This document shows positions 17,419 through 25,998 of a stretch of 35,762 bases of DNA, piece after piece. How positions within the stretch are numbered: the stretch's first letter is position 1; the number at the start of each line of letters is the position of its first letter. Under the pieces are notes generated by a model, which was given only the letters and a program-made list of their open reading frames with translations, was not told the DNA's origin and ran no database searches. The position numbers and the translations under genes were made by a program. The stretch is from a virus (lineage: Duplodnaviria; Caudoviricetes): positions 1 to 35,762 of IMG/VR virus record IMGVR_UViG_3300020045_003575; one strand, given 5' to 3'.

Positions 17419-17601
17419 ATGAATCCAATAATTTTAGCACTCGGAATTACCATAGCATTTATGCTATTAGCAATTGTTTTACTGATTAAGTTTTCGGTAG
17501 ATATTAATTGGGAAAACGACAAACTACGAAAAAAAGTAAAAGAAATTGAAACAAGTAAACAAGAATTGATTGAAGCTAATTATAGATTGATTAAGAAATG
17601 A
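17419..17601 (+). CDS. small membrane-anchored protein
   Basis: N-terminal TM plus coiled coil. Confidence 0.6.
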   Translation: MNPIILALGITIAFMLLAIVLLIKFSVDINWENDKLRKKVKEIETSKQELIEANYRLIKK

Positions 17602-17867
17602 AATCAGTGCCAGAAATAGCGCAATTAACAGGAGTAAACCGTTCAGACATACATAAACACGTTTTTAAGCTAAACATTAAACCAGTTAAGCAAATAGGTT
17701 ATAAAAAATGGTTTGATTATTACCAAGTTGAATTAATAATAGATCATTTGTTTTATTTGGGTAAAATAGAATATTTGACTTATGAAAGCTCAATGAATCA
17801 TACTGAACCGTTATACTCAATAAAAGAATTTTTAGAACTTGGACATTTAAAAAGAAAGAAATTATGA
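17598..17867 (+). CDS. HTH DNA-binding protein
   Basis: SVPEIAQLTGVNRSDIHKH HTH pattern. Confidence 0.6.
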   Translation: MKSVPEIAQLTGVNRSDIHKHVFKLNIKPVKQIGYKKWFDYYQVELIIDHLFYLGKIEYLTYESSMNHTEPLYSIKEFLELGHLKRKKL

Positions 17868-18232
17868 AAAAATTAATTAGTAATACGGTGTTTGGAGAAT
17901 ATTTAAACACAAAAAATATACCAGATTATGAATATAGATACTGTAGATTTCAATATGACCAGTTCTTACTTCAACCTTTAGAATTATGGATGTTTGTTCC
18001 TTGTGGTGAAGGTGGGAATGTTTTAGAAGTAGTTGATTGCAATTTAGATATAAGAGTAAGCGAACTAAAACTATACCAACAAGCAAAAGAATCTTGTATA
18101 TTTAATAATAATTTATTATCTTTGACTGTAATTAAAGAGTTAATCTCTAAAAATAAAACAGTTGAATTTTTAATAAATTATCATTATGAAGAAACAGGAA
18201 GTTATTTGGAAACCAATAAGGAATTATTCTGA
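17864..18232 (+). CDS. hypothetical protein
   Basis: ATGA-coupled 122-aa ORF. Confidence 0.65.
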   Translation: MKKLISNTVFGEYLNTKNIPDYEYRYCRFQYDQFLLQPLELWMFVPCGEGGNVLEVVDCNLDIRVSELKLYQQAKESCIFNNNLLSLTVIKELISKNKTVEFLINYHYEETGSYLETNKELF

Positions 18233-18764
18233 ATATTATAAAATAAGTTCAGATGGCCGAGTAAGGTCTTTTGAGAGAGTTGTATTTGATAAAAACGGAA
18301 TAAGGCTAAGGTTAAACAAGCCTAAAGAAATATCTCCAAGGATTGGATTATATAAAATGGTAGGGTTGAACAAAAATCGTATTCAAACTCAAATTTCAAT
18401 ACATAGATTAGTTGCCTTACACTTCGTTTCAAATACAGAAAATAAACCACAAGTTAATCATAAAGATGGCGATAAAATGAATAACAATTATTGGAATTTA
18501 GAATGGGTTACAGCTAAAGAAAATTTACAACACGCTTTTGATACAGGATTAAAAACACCTACTTGGTTAAATAAAAAGTTGTCCGAAGAAACAAGAAATA
18601 AAATGTCTATTTCTAAAAAAGGAAAAACCGCTCATAACAAAGGAAAAAGACAAAAAGAACAAATTCACGGAACATTATACTCTTACAACAATTACAAATG
18701 CAAATGTGATTTATGCAAAAAAGCAAACACAGAATATTGCAGAAACAAAAAACACAAAATATGA
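18186..18764 (+). CDS. HNH homing endonuclease (NUMOD4-HNH-NUMOD3-like)
   Basis: [57 protein letters not shown]; C-terminal CKCDLC. Confidence 0.9.
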   Translation: MKKQEVIWKPIRNYSEYYKISSDGRVRSFERVVFDKNGIRLRLNKPKEISPRIGLYKMVGLNKNRIQTQISIHRLVALHFVSNTENKPQVNHKDGDKMNNNYWNLEWVTAKENLQHAFDTGLKTPTWLNKKLSEETRNKMSISKKGKTAHNKGKRQKEQIHGTLYSYNNYKCKCDLCKKANTEYCRNKKHKI

Positions 18765-18789
18765 AAAAACATTATACAATTTTCCTGAT

Positions 18790-18981
18790 ATGCAGAAAAT
18801 AAATTTGGATTCCAAGGCAATGAGTAGGACACAATTATTGGCCAATAAAATTATAAAGTTGTTTATTGATGAAAATATACCTTTATCTATTCAACTTGAC
18901 GCACTCAAATTAGCAAGGCAAAAGATTGATTTTTGTAAAAATACAGCTAAAGAAATGAAACAAAAAAAGTTAGAGTTATGA
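18790..18981 (+). CDS. hypothetical protein
   Basis: Likely start ATG 18790 (MQKINLDSK...). Confidence 0.5.
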   Translation: MQKINLDSKAMSRTQLLANKIIKLFIDENIPLSIQLDALKLARQKIDFCKNTAKEMKQKKLEL

Positions 18982-19157
18982 AAAACTACACTGGCGTAAG
19001 CTGGAATAAACAAAAACAGCGGTGGGTATCTAAAGTAGGCATTTACGATTGTGGATACTATACCGACCAAATTGAAGCCGTAAAAGCACGTGATTTATGT
19101 ATAATAAAACACGGATTGGATTATAAGAAATTACAAATTTTAAAACCTAAAGGATGA
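18978..19157 (+). CDS. AP2-domain-like DNA-binding protein (59 aa)
   Basis: Read manually: MKNYTGVSWNKQKQRWVSKVGIYDCGYYTDQIEAVKARD; ATGA overlaps at both ends. Confidence 0.7.
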   Translation: MKNYTGVSWNKQKQRWVSKVGIYDCGYYTDQIEAVKARDLCIIKHGLDYKKLQILKPKG

Positions 19158-19780
19158 GCCTAACAATAACAAACGAGGATAATATGTTGCTTATGGCAAG
19201 ATATCCTGACAATTACTTTGATTTAGCAATAGTAGATCATCCTTATGGGATTTCCATAAATATGAATATGGGACTTCGAAAAGGCAAAAAGAAAAACCAT
19301 ACTGTTAAAAAATGGGATGACGAAACTCCAACTGCGGAATATTTTAATGAATTATTTAGGGTTTCAAAAAATCAAATTATATGGGGGGGGAATTATTTTA
19401 ATTTACCATTAACAAAGTCTTGGATTTTTTGGGATAAAAAAGTACCTAAAGGTGTAGATTTTGCAGACGGAGAGCTTGCTTGGACTTCATTTGACAAAAC
19501 ACTTGTAAAATTAGAAGTGCCTTATTCAGGATTTCAAGGTATGGATGAAAATGGAAAAATACACCCGACACAGAAGCCTGTGAAGTTGTATAAAAATATC
19601 CTTGATAAATGGAGTGTTAAAGACTTTAAAATACTTGATACGCATTTAGGTTCTGGTTCAATTGCAATAGCTTGCCACGATTACGGATTTGATTTGACTG
19701 CTTGTGAACTCGATAAAGAATACTTCGATAAAGCAATGCAAAGAATAAATAACCACATAGCACAACAAAAATTATTTTAA
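19154..19780 (+). CDS. DNA amino-methyltransferase (N6-A/N4-C, beta-type order)
   Basis: FDLAIVDHPYG (normally DPPY), IIWGGNYF, HPTQKPVKLY, ILDTHLGSGS. Confidence 0.9.
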   Translation: MSLTITNEDNMLLMARYPDNYFDLAIVDHPYGISINMNMGLRKGKKKNHTVKKWDDETPTAEYFNELFRVSKNQIIWGGNYFNLPLTKSWIFWDKKVPKGVDFADGELAWTSFDKTLVKLEVPYSGFQGMDENGKIHPTQKPVKLYKNILDKWSVKDFKILDTHLGSGSIAIACHDYGFDLTACELDKEYFDKAMQRINNHIAQQKLF

Positions 19781-19782
19781 CT

Positions 19783-20016
19783 ATGAAAATATTTTTAACA
19801 TCATTTTTTCAAATTGGCTTGGTAGCCATTAATACCTATTTTATTGGACAATTATTTTGGATAGGTATATTTTTAGCATCATTTGGAATTAGTCTATTAT
19901 GGGCGTTTAATGTTTCCAAGGTTGCAATTTCAACTATTAACCAAAAACTAATTTATGCATTTGGTGCCGGATGTGGTGCTATTTGCGGATTAGTTTTGAT
20001 AAAGATTATATTATGA
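19783..20016 (+). CDS. small multi-TM membrane protein
   Basis: 77 aa, hydrophobic. Confidence 0.6.
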   Translation: MKIFLTSFFQIGLVAINTYFIGQLFWIGIFLASFGISLLWAFNVSKVAISTINQKLIYAFGAGCGAICGLVLIKIIL

Positions 20017-20264
20017 CACCAAAACAAAAATCAATAAAAATGCATCTATTCTACTGCCTTATGCAGTTACTACTCGAATGCCTTGACGAATTAAAAGTAA
20101 CAAACCCACGAATGATTGAACTAAAAAACAATCTTACTGAATTTTGTGAGTTGCTGAATGAAGATTGCAAAAACACTTACACGATTCAAAAAACGACGTA
20201 TTTTCAAGGATTGACTAACCAAATAAATACGATGATGCGCAAGTGTTTTAATCCGGAAATGTAA
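20013..20264 (+). CDS. hypothetical protein
   Basis: Likely start ATG 20013 (ATGA overlap). Confidence 0.6.
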   Translation: MTPKQKSIKMHLFYCLMQLLLECLDELKVTNPRMIELKNNLTEFCELLNEDCKNTYTIQKTTYFQGLTNQINTMMRKCFNPEM

Positions 20265-20270
20265 AAAATT

Positions 20271-20918
20271 ATGAATAAAGTATTAGAAGTTTTTGCCGGC
20301 TCCCGTTCAATAGGAAATAAAGCTGAAGAATTAGGTATGGAAGTTTTTTCAGTTGACTGGACTCCGTATGATAAAATAGATTTGGTTATCGACGTGGAAT
20401 TTATGAATGTAAATCATATCCCATGGATTCCCGATGTGGCTTGGTTTAGCCCTGACTGCACTACTTATACCGTTGCTGCAATTTCAACTCACAGAAATGG
20501 TACAGAGCCAAAAAGTGAATATGCTAAAAAATGTGATAGAGTAAATAAAAATTGGATTGATTTAATATATCAAATGATGTGGCAAAATCCAGATATGGTT
20601 TTCTTTATCGAAAATCCAAGGGGGATGTTAAGGCATATGCCATTTATGAAAGACTTTAAAAGACATACGGTTTGGTATTGCCAATATGGTGATGATAGAG
20701 CAAAGCCCACCGATATATGGACAAATTCAAAAACTTGGATTCCTAGATGCGAATGTAAAAATTACAAATATGATAAAGATGGAAATATCATTGATAAACA
20801 TTGCCATCACGAAAGCGCAAGACGTGGAGCAAAAACAGGAACGCAAGGAAAAAAAGGAAGCTATGAGCGTTCTAAAATTCCAGAACAATTGTGTGAGGAA
20901 ATATTGAAAAGTTTATGA
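20271..20918 (+). CDS. DNA cytosine-C5 methyltransferase-like protein
   Basis: VLEVFAGSRS (motif I), FSPDCTTY (motif IV), FIENP (motif VI), YCQYG..RAKPTDIW. Confidence 0.8.
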   Translation: MNKVLEVFAGSRSIGNKAEELGMEVFSVDWTPYDKIDLVIDVEFMNVNHIPWIPDVAWFSPDCTTYTVAAISTHRNGTEPKSEYAKKCDRVNKNWIDLIYQMMWQNPDMVFFIENPRGMLRHMPFMKDFKRHTVWYCQYGDDRAKPTDIWTNSKTWIPRCECKNYKYDKDGNIIDKHCHHESARRGAKTGTQGKKGSYERSKIPEQLCEEILKSL

Positions 20919-21211
20919 GCATCTTTGAAATTACAGACATCCTACGAAACCATCCAAATCACCCGTTATGGTCTAAACCTAAACCTAAATTCAATCTTTC
21001 AGATTACGTGGAGCTGGACAATCTTAAAACTGGTTACAAAAAGCAAGCATACGGAAAAGGAACTGATAAACGGGTAATGCGAATAAGTGATGGAACAATT
21101 TACGCCAACGGTAAAGAATGCTTTGAAAAGAACGGAATCAATCGAAGTACTTTTTATCATTTGATTGGGGGACGAACAAAAAAATATTGTGATTTTAAAT
21201 ATATTGAATAG
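20915..21211 (+). CDS. hypothetical DNA-binding protein (NUMOD1/HTH-like C-terminus)
   Basis: KRVMRISDGTIYANGKECFEKNGINRSTFY. Confidence 0.5.
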   Translation: MSIFEITDILRNHPNHPLWSKPKPKFNLSDYVELDNLKTGYKKQAYGKGTDKRVMRISDGTIYANGKECFEKNGINRSTFYHLIGGRTKKYCDFKYIE

Positions 21212-21258
21212 TTTATTTTGTTTCTAAACAAAATAAATACTACTTTTACATAACAAAT

Positions 21259-21322
21259 CCGCCAAGATTAGAAACATACGATTCCTCTCTTTGCACTTGG
21301 CGGTCATTGAGGGGAATTTTTA
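21259..21322 (+). promoter_or_regulatory. structured leader (pseudoknot or alternative terminator/antiterminator)
   Basis: CCGCCAAG/CTTGGCGG interleaved with ATTCCTCTC/GAGGGGAAT, followed by a T-run. Confidence 0.55.
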
Positions 21323-21342
21323 ATTTAAAATATTAAGGAATT

Positions 21343-22032
21343 ATGAATGAATTAACAACTACAACAGTAAATGAAACTGTTCAAATGGCAAAGCTTTTTG
21401 CCGAAAGCGGAATGTTTACAGATGCTAAACAAATGTCGCAGGCGTTTGTAAAAGTGCAGGCTGGTAAAGAAATGGGAATCGGTGCATTTGCATCTATGAC
21501 AGGAATTAATATCATAATGGGAAAACCAACATTAGGGGCTGGATTAATTGCAAGTTGTGTAAAAGGAAATGAAAAATACGATTTTAAAGTTAAGGAATTG
21601 ACGGATAAAGTTTGTTCTATTGATTTCTTTCAGAAATCAGTTAATGGAATGGAGTTTATTGGAAACTCAACCTTTACAATTGAGGACGCTAAAAAACAAG
21701 GCACAAAAAACCTTGATAAATTTCCTAAAAATATGTTGTACGCACGTGCAATTAGTAACGGTCAAAAATGGTTTTGTCCAGATGTATTTCAAATGTCTGT
21801 TTATGTACCGGAAGAAATGCCAGAAGTTACAGAAGATGTGCAACACGTGGAAGTAATTATTGAGGAAGTGAAAACACCTAAATTAAACCAAAAACAACTC
21901 GACAAGCTATTGACTTCTGACATTTCCACTATTGAAAAATATTTGGATTTAATCGAACAAAACAAATTAGAAGTTAACGATGTTCAAAAATCACAAATTG
22001 ATATTTATTACGAAACTTTAAAAACTGAATAA
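21343..22032 (+). CDS. single-strand annealing protein (RecT/Red-beta-like)
   Basis: FVKVQAGKEMGIG..SMTGINII.GKP, FTIEDAKK, FPKNMLYARAISNG.KWFCPDV...VYVPEEM. Confidence 0.75.
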   Translation: MNELTTTTVNETVQMAKLFAESGMFTDAKQMSQAFVKVQAGKEMGIGAFASMTGINIIMGKPTLGAGLIASCVKGNEKYDFKVKELTDKVCSIDFFQKSVNGMEFIGNSTFTIEDAKKQGTKNLDKFPKNMLYARAISNGQKWFCPDVFQMSVYVPEEMPEVTEDVQHVEVIIEEVKTPKLNQKQLDKLLTSDISTIEKYLDLIEQNKLEVNDVQKSQIDIYYETLKTE

Positions 22033-22037
22033 AAATT

Positions 22038-23117
22038 ATGAGCAAAGAATTAGCATTACAGCAAACAGAATGGGATTTACACAAAAATCCAGAAACGTTT
22101 ATTCCGTTGGAATTTACAGAAGAAATTAAACCTGATTTATTCGGGTTAGAACTTGCAAAAGCGCAAGAAATGACAAGCGGTTTATCGACTACATTAGCAG
22201 AAAGAGAGGTGTTAAAAAACGCTTACATTGATGTTATTGAACTTGAAATCACGGCAGAAAATTTACCAACGTTCAAAGAATTGCGTTTGAAAATTGTAAA
22301 AAATAGAACACAAGGAATTGAAAAATGGCATAAAACTAATAAAGCTTTTTATCTTGCTGGAGGTCGTTTTGTTGACGCAGTAAAAAACAAAGAAGTTTTA
22401 GTTAACGAAGAAATGGAAGCAAAACTTTTGGATGCTGAAAAGTATTTCGAGAATTTGGAAAAAGAAAAAGCACGTCTATTAAATGAAAGTAGAATTGAAA
22501 GATTAAAACCATATGTAGAAGATGTTAATGGTTTAGATTTTGCTCCAATGAGTGACGAGGATTTTGACGATTATTTGCTTGGTAAAAAAACACGTTTTGA
22601 AAACGAACAAAAAGAACGTGAAGCCGAAGCATTACGAATTGAAACAGAACGTTTGGCAGAAATTGAAAGACAAAAAGCAATTGAAGCTGAAAATGCTAAA
22701 TTAAAAGCAGAAGCAGAAGCAAAAGAAATAGAATTACAAAAAGAACGTGCCGAATCCGAAGCAAAACAAAAAGCAATTCAAGATGAAGCGGATAAAAAAG
22801 CACGTGAAGAAAAAGCTAAACAAGACGCTATTTTAGAAGAACAACGCAAAGAAACTGCAAGAATTGCTAAAGAGCTGCAAGATAAAAAAGATGCCGAAAT
22901 AAAAGCTGAAAATGAACGTTTGGCAAAAATTGAAGCGGACAAAAAAGCCGCTGATAAATTATTGAAAGCTGGTCAAAAAAAACAAATAGAATCTTGGATT
23001 GAAACGTTTCAAATTGAAATTCCAGAACATTTGAAAAACGATAAAATTGCAAATGATATTTTATCTAAATTCTGGTCATTCAAATCTTGGGCAAAAAAAG
23101 AAACTGAAAATTTATAA
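22038..23117 (+). CDS. long coiled-coil protein of the recombination module
   Basis: 359 aa with E/K/A-rich heptads; between the SSAP and SSB-like genes. Confidence 0.6.
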   Translation: MSKELALQQTEWDLHKNPETFIPLEFTEEIKPDLFGLELAKAQEMTSGLSTTLAEREVLKNAYIDVIELEITAENLPTFKELRLKIVKNRTQGIEKWHKTNKAFYLAGGRFVDAVKNKEVLVNEEMEAKLLDAEKYFENLEKEKARLLNESRIERLKPYVEDVNGLDFAPMSDEDFDDYLLGKKTRFENEQKEREAEALRIETERLAEIERQKAIEAENAKLKAEAEAKEIELQKERAESEAKQKAIQDEADKKAREEKAKQDAILEEQRKETARIAKELQDKKDAEIKAENERLAKIEADKKAADKLLKAGQKKQIESWIETFQIEIPEHLKNDKIANDILSKFWSFKSWAKKETENL

Positions 23118-23146
23118 AAAAATAACAATTTAAAACAACAATAATT

Positions 23147-23524
23147 ATGAGCAATCAAAAAGTTTTATCAGGCTCTTTAGCCTTAACCAAATTGCAAAGC
23201 GCAATTATCACAACAAAAAAAGGTGCAAAGTGCATTCTTTTACCAATCGAAAGCAACCATTTTACAGAAAAAGATGGTGCAATTTATTTAAACGTTTCAG
23301 TAATTGTGCGTGAAGAAGCTGACCAATATGGTCAAAATGGATTCATTTCGCAGAAATTGGATACAGCAAAATACAAGGAACTTGGAAAAGAAAAGGCTGC
23401 AGAAATTAAATTACCAATACTTGGTAATATTAAAGATTTTGGACAAAATCAAAACGATAGCGCAGGAGCTACAGAATTGGCTGCGCCAATTAACCCAGAG
23501 GATGCCGATGATTTGCCCTTCTAA
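23147..23524 (+). CDS. SSB-like single-stranded DNA-binding protein
   Basis: Acidic DDLPF C-terminus; DQYGQNG and LPILGN motifs; recombination module. Confidence 0.65.
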   Translation: MSNQKVLSGSLALTKLQSAIITTKKGAKCILLPIESNHFTEKDGAIYLNVSVIVREEADQYGQNGFISQKLDTAKYKELGKEKAAEIKLPILGNIKDFGQNQNDSAGATELAAPINPEDADDLPF

Positions 23525-23578
23525 AAATCAAATGTTAAATTTATTAATAGAAACATTTGATTTGATTATAGAATAATA

Positions 23579-23612
23579 AAAGGCGGTTGATTAATTTTAA
23601 CCGCCATTTTTT
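23579..23612 (+). terminator. intrinsic terminator
   Basis: GGCGGTT/AACCGCC stem followed by T6; A-run on the 5' side. Confidence 0.75.
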
Positions 23613-23650
23613 GCACAAACAAAGTAAAATAATTTACTAAAAATAAAATT

Positions 23651-25264
23651 ATGAAAAAATTTGAATTAAACCCGGAACAACTCGAATTAAAAACTACCCT
23701 TTTGGACTGGATTAAAAATAACAATACAGGATATTTTGGAGTTCTTGGAGCTGGTGGAACAGGAAAAACAACGGTTGTTTGTAATGTACTTGCGGACATT
23801 AAGGAATCAGTTATATTTTTGGGAGCAACAAATAAGGTGGTTACGGTACTTAAAGAAAGTCTTATAAGTAATGGAGTTGACAATCCAACAACAAAAACAA
23901 TTGATTCATTTTTAGGATTTAGAATTGTAAAAGACCACGAAAATAAAAACACAATTACTTACAGATTGCCTTCTGCAAAACAGATTCCAGATATTATTGT
24001 TATTGATGAGGTTTCAATGATAACTTTTCAAAAAATTGAACAGATTGAAAAACTTGCCACAAAATGCAAAATTATTTTATTGGGCGATTATTTGCAATTG
24101 CCTCCAATTGAAGAAGATAAATTTAATGTTGTGAGAAATCCTGATGGATTTTTAATATCGAGGGTATTCACTAAACTTTCAGACACTAATTCATTCACGC
24201 TTACAATCCAAAACCGCCAGCGGATGGATTCCAAAATGGGTCAATTAATTGCAAATTTTCGCAATTTTATGGATAAAAAAATTGACCCTAAACTACTGGC
24301 AAACAAAAAAAATAATGGCTTGGATATACTTTTCTTTAAAACAAATGATAAAAGTCTGAAAGACTACATAAAAGAAAATGATGCAGTTGCGGTGTGTTTC
24401 AAAAACTTAACTGTTTTATCGTTAAATTGGTTAATTGGAAGCACAAAATCAATGCGTAAAGATTATCGATTGAATGAAATTAATATTGGTGATAAATTGA
24501 TGTTTGATCAATTTTATATTCACGAAGAAAAACAAAAGAAAACGCAATTTTACACGTCAAATATAGTTACAGTTAAAAGCATAGTGACAAATTGCGAGGA
24601 GAAATTTAAAATAAAACCAATAATTACAAAAAACATTATTTACAACCGAATAACCGTTATTGATGAGTACGAAAACGAAAGCGAAATTAGATACATACAC
24701 GGAGGATTGTATGGACAAAATGGCGGTGGCGTGAGTAGTTCGGTTTATGGACAAAGAACAACTTATTTAAAACACATAAAAGAAAATAAAAACATTGAGG
24801 AAAATAAAAAATTCCTTAAAGACCTAAACACAAGATTTTCAGACTACCAAAACAGTTTTGCAAAATTAAAACGTCCTTATGCCATCACGTGCCATAAAGC
24901 ACAAGGAAGTACGTATAAAAATGTAATAATACCAGTTTACGATTTTTATTCTTTGAATTACAAAGATGCCAACCAATTGCTTTATGTAGCAATGAGTCGA
25001 GCAAAGGAAAAAATTATTTTTATTGATAAATCTGAACAATTTGATGACACAAGTAAACGTCATTCGTTTTCTGAATTTGAAAAACAATCAATTTGCAGCG
25101 CATACAATTATAAATGCAATGTTTGCCGAACTGATTTAGTAGAAAGAGAGTTCGACATTGACCATAAAATTCAAATCGCTTCTGGAGGTAAAAATAGTAT
25201 TGAAAATTTGCAACCACTTTGTAAAAATTGTCATAAAAAAAAGACTGCATTTGAAAAATATTAG
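23651..25264 (+). CDS. SF1B (Dda/RecD-like) helicase fused to a C-terminal HNH nuclease
   Basis: GAGGTGKT, ATNK, IVIDEVSM, LLGDYLQLPPI, YAITCHKAQGSTY, YVAMSRA; then CNVC...IDHKIQIASGGKNSIENLQPLCKNCH. Confidence 0.88.
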   Translation: MKKFELNPEQLELKTTLLDWIKNNNTGYFGVLGAGGTGKTTVVCNVLADIKESVIFLGATNKVVTVLKESLISNGVDNPTTKTIDSFLGFRIVKDHENKNTITYRLPSAKQIPDIIVIDEVSMITFQKIEQIEKLATKCKIILLGDYLQLPPIEEDKFNVVRNPDGFLISRVFTKLSDTNSFTLTIQNRQRMDSKMGQLIANFRNFMDKKIDPKLLANKKNNGLDILFFKTNDKSLKDYIKENDAVAVCFKNLTVLSLNWLIGSTKSMRKDYRLNEINIGDKLMFDQFYIHEEKQKKTQFYTSNIVTVKSIVTNCEEKFKIKPIITKNIIYNRITVIDEYENESEIRYIHGGLYGQNGGGVSSSVYGQRTTYLKHIKENKNIEENKKFLKDLNTRFSDYQNSFAKLKRPYAITCHKAQGSTYKNVIIPVYDFYSLNYKDANQLLYVAMSRAKEKIIFIDKSEQFDDTSKRHSFSEFEKQSICSAYNYKCNVCRTDLVEREFDIDHKIQIASGGKNSIENLQPLCKNCHKKKTAFEKY

Positions 25265-25272
25265 TATATTTG
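25265..25272 (+). promoter_or_regulatory. -7 promoter box
   Basis: TATATTTG upstream of the replication operon. Confidence 0.5.
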
Positions 25273-25327
25273 AATACCCGATATTATCGGCTTTTTTATT
25301 CAATTTTAATGTAAAAAAATTTACAAA

Positions 25328-25489
25328 ATGACAAAATACGAGGCTACTCAAAAAGTAAAAAAACGAATACAATTATCCACTAAAGAAGAAGTTGCAAAAG
25401 AAATAGGTATTTCAAGACCTACTTTAGACGCTCGTTTACAATGGCATAAATGGAAAATATCTGAAATCGCTTTAATCGAAAAACTATGA
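25328..25489 (+). CDS. small HTH protein (53 aa)
   Basis: Read manually: ...TKEEVAKEIGISRPTLDARL...; ATGA overlap with next gene. Confidence 0.7.
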   Translation: MTKYEATQKVKKRIQLSTKEEVAKEIGISRPTLDARLQWHKWKISEIALIEKL

Positions 25490-25998
25490 AATTATCCGAT
25501 GCTATAAAAAGACTTCGTTTCACAATCTCGAAACAAAACAAACCGAACCAAAATGATGCCGAGGCACTCAATGAAATACTAAATATTCTTAATTTGGAAC
25601 AACAAAAAACAAATCAAGAAAATTTATTATTCGCTAAACTTTACGCATTCACGCTTTACGAATTGTTGCATCATTACACAGATATTGATTTTGCAAATAA
25701 ACAACTCAACACCATTCTTTCAGAACCAATAGAAATCAGAATTGAAAATTTAAAACGTAGTTTGAAATTTATGGAGTTGCAAAATTATTTTAAGCAAAAA
25801 AAAATACTTGATCCATTCCTAAAAGAAAAAACAACGGACGAACTCGAAGAGCTTCACGAACGATACAAAAAACAATTACCAGAACTTAACTCAATGGAAT
25901 TTGCAAAATGCGGAAATAATTGGGATTACAATTCTGTAAAGTATCAATTGGAAACCCAAATTAATCTTTCACTTCAAAACTTTAAAAATAATGTATGA
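25486..25998 (+). CDS. hypothetical protein (replication-associated?)
   Basis: 170-aa ORF coupled to the helicase gene. Confidence 0.55.
   Translation: MKLSDAIKRLRFTISKQNKPNQNDAEALNEILNILNLEQQKTNQENLLFAKLYAFTLYELLHHYTDIDFANKQLNTILSEPIEIRIENLKRSLKFMELQNYFKQKKILDPFLKEKTTDELEELHERYKKQLPELNSMEFAKCGNNWDYNSVKYQLETQINLSLQNFKNNV

Noticed and set aside
25278-25297. CCGAT-ATT-ATCGG hairpin with T-run as terminator
   Set aside because: Only a 5-bp stem with a 3-nt loop, directly after a promoter-like box; too weak to call and could equally be an operator.
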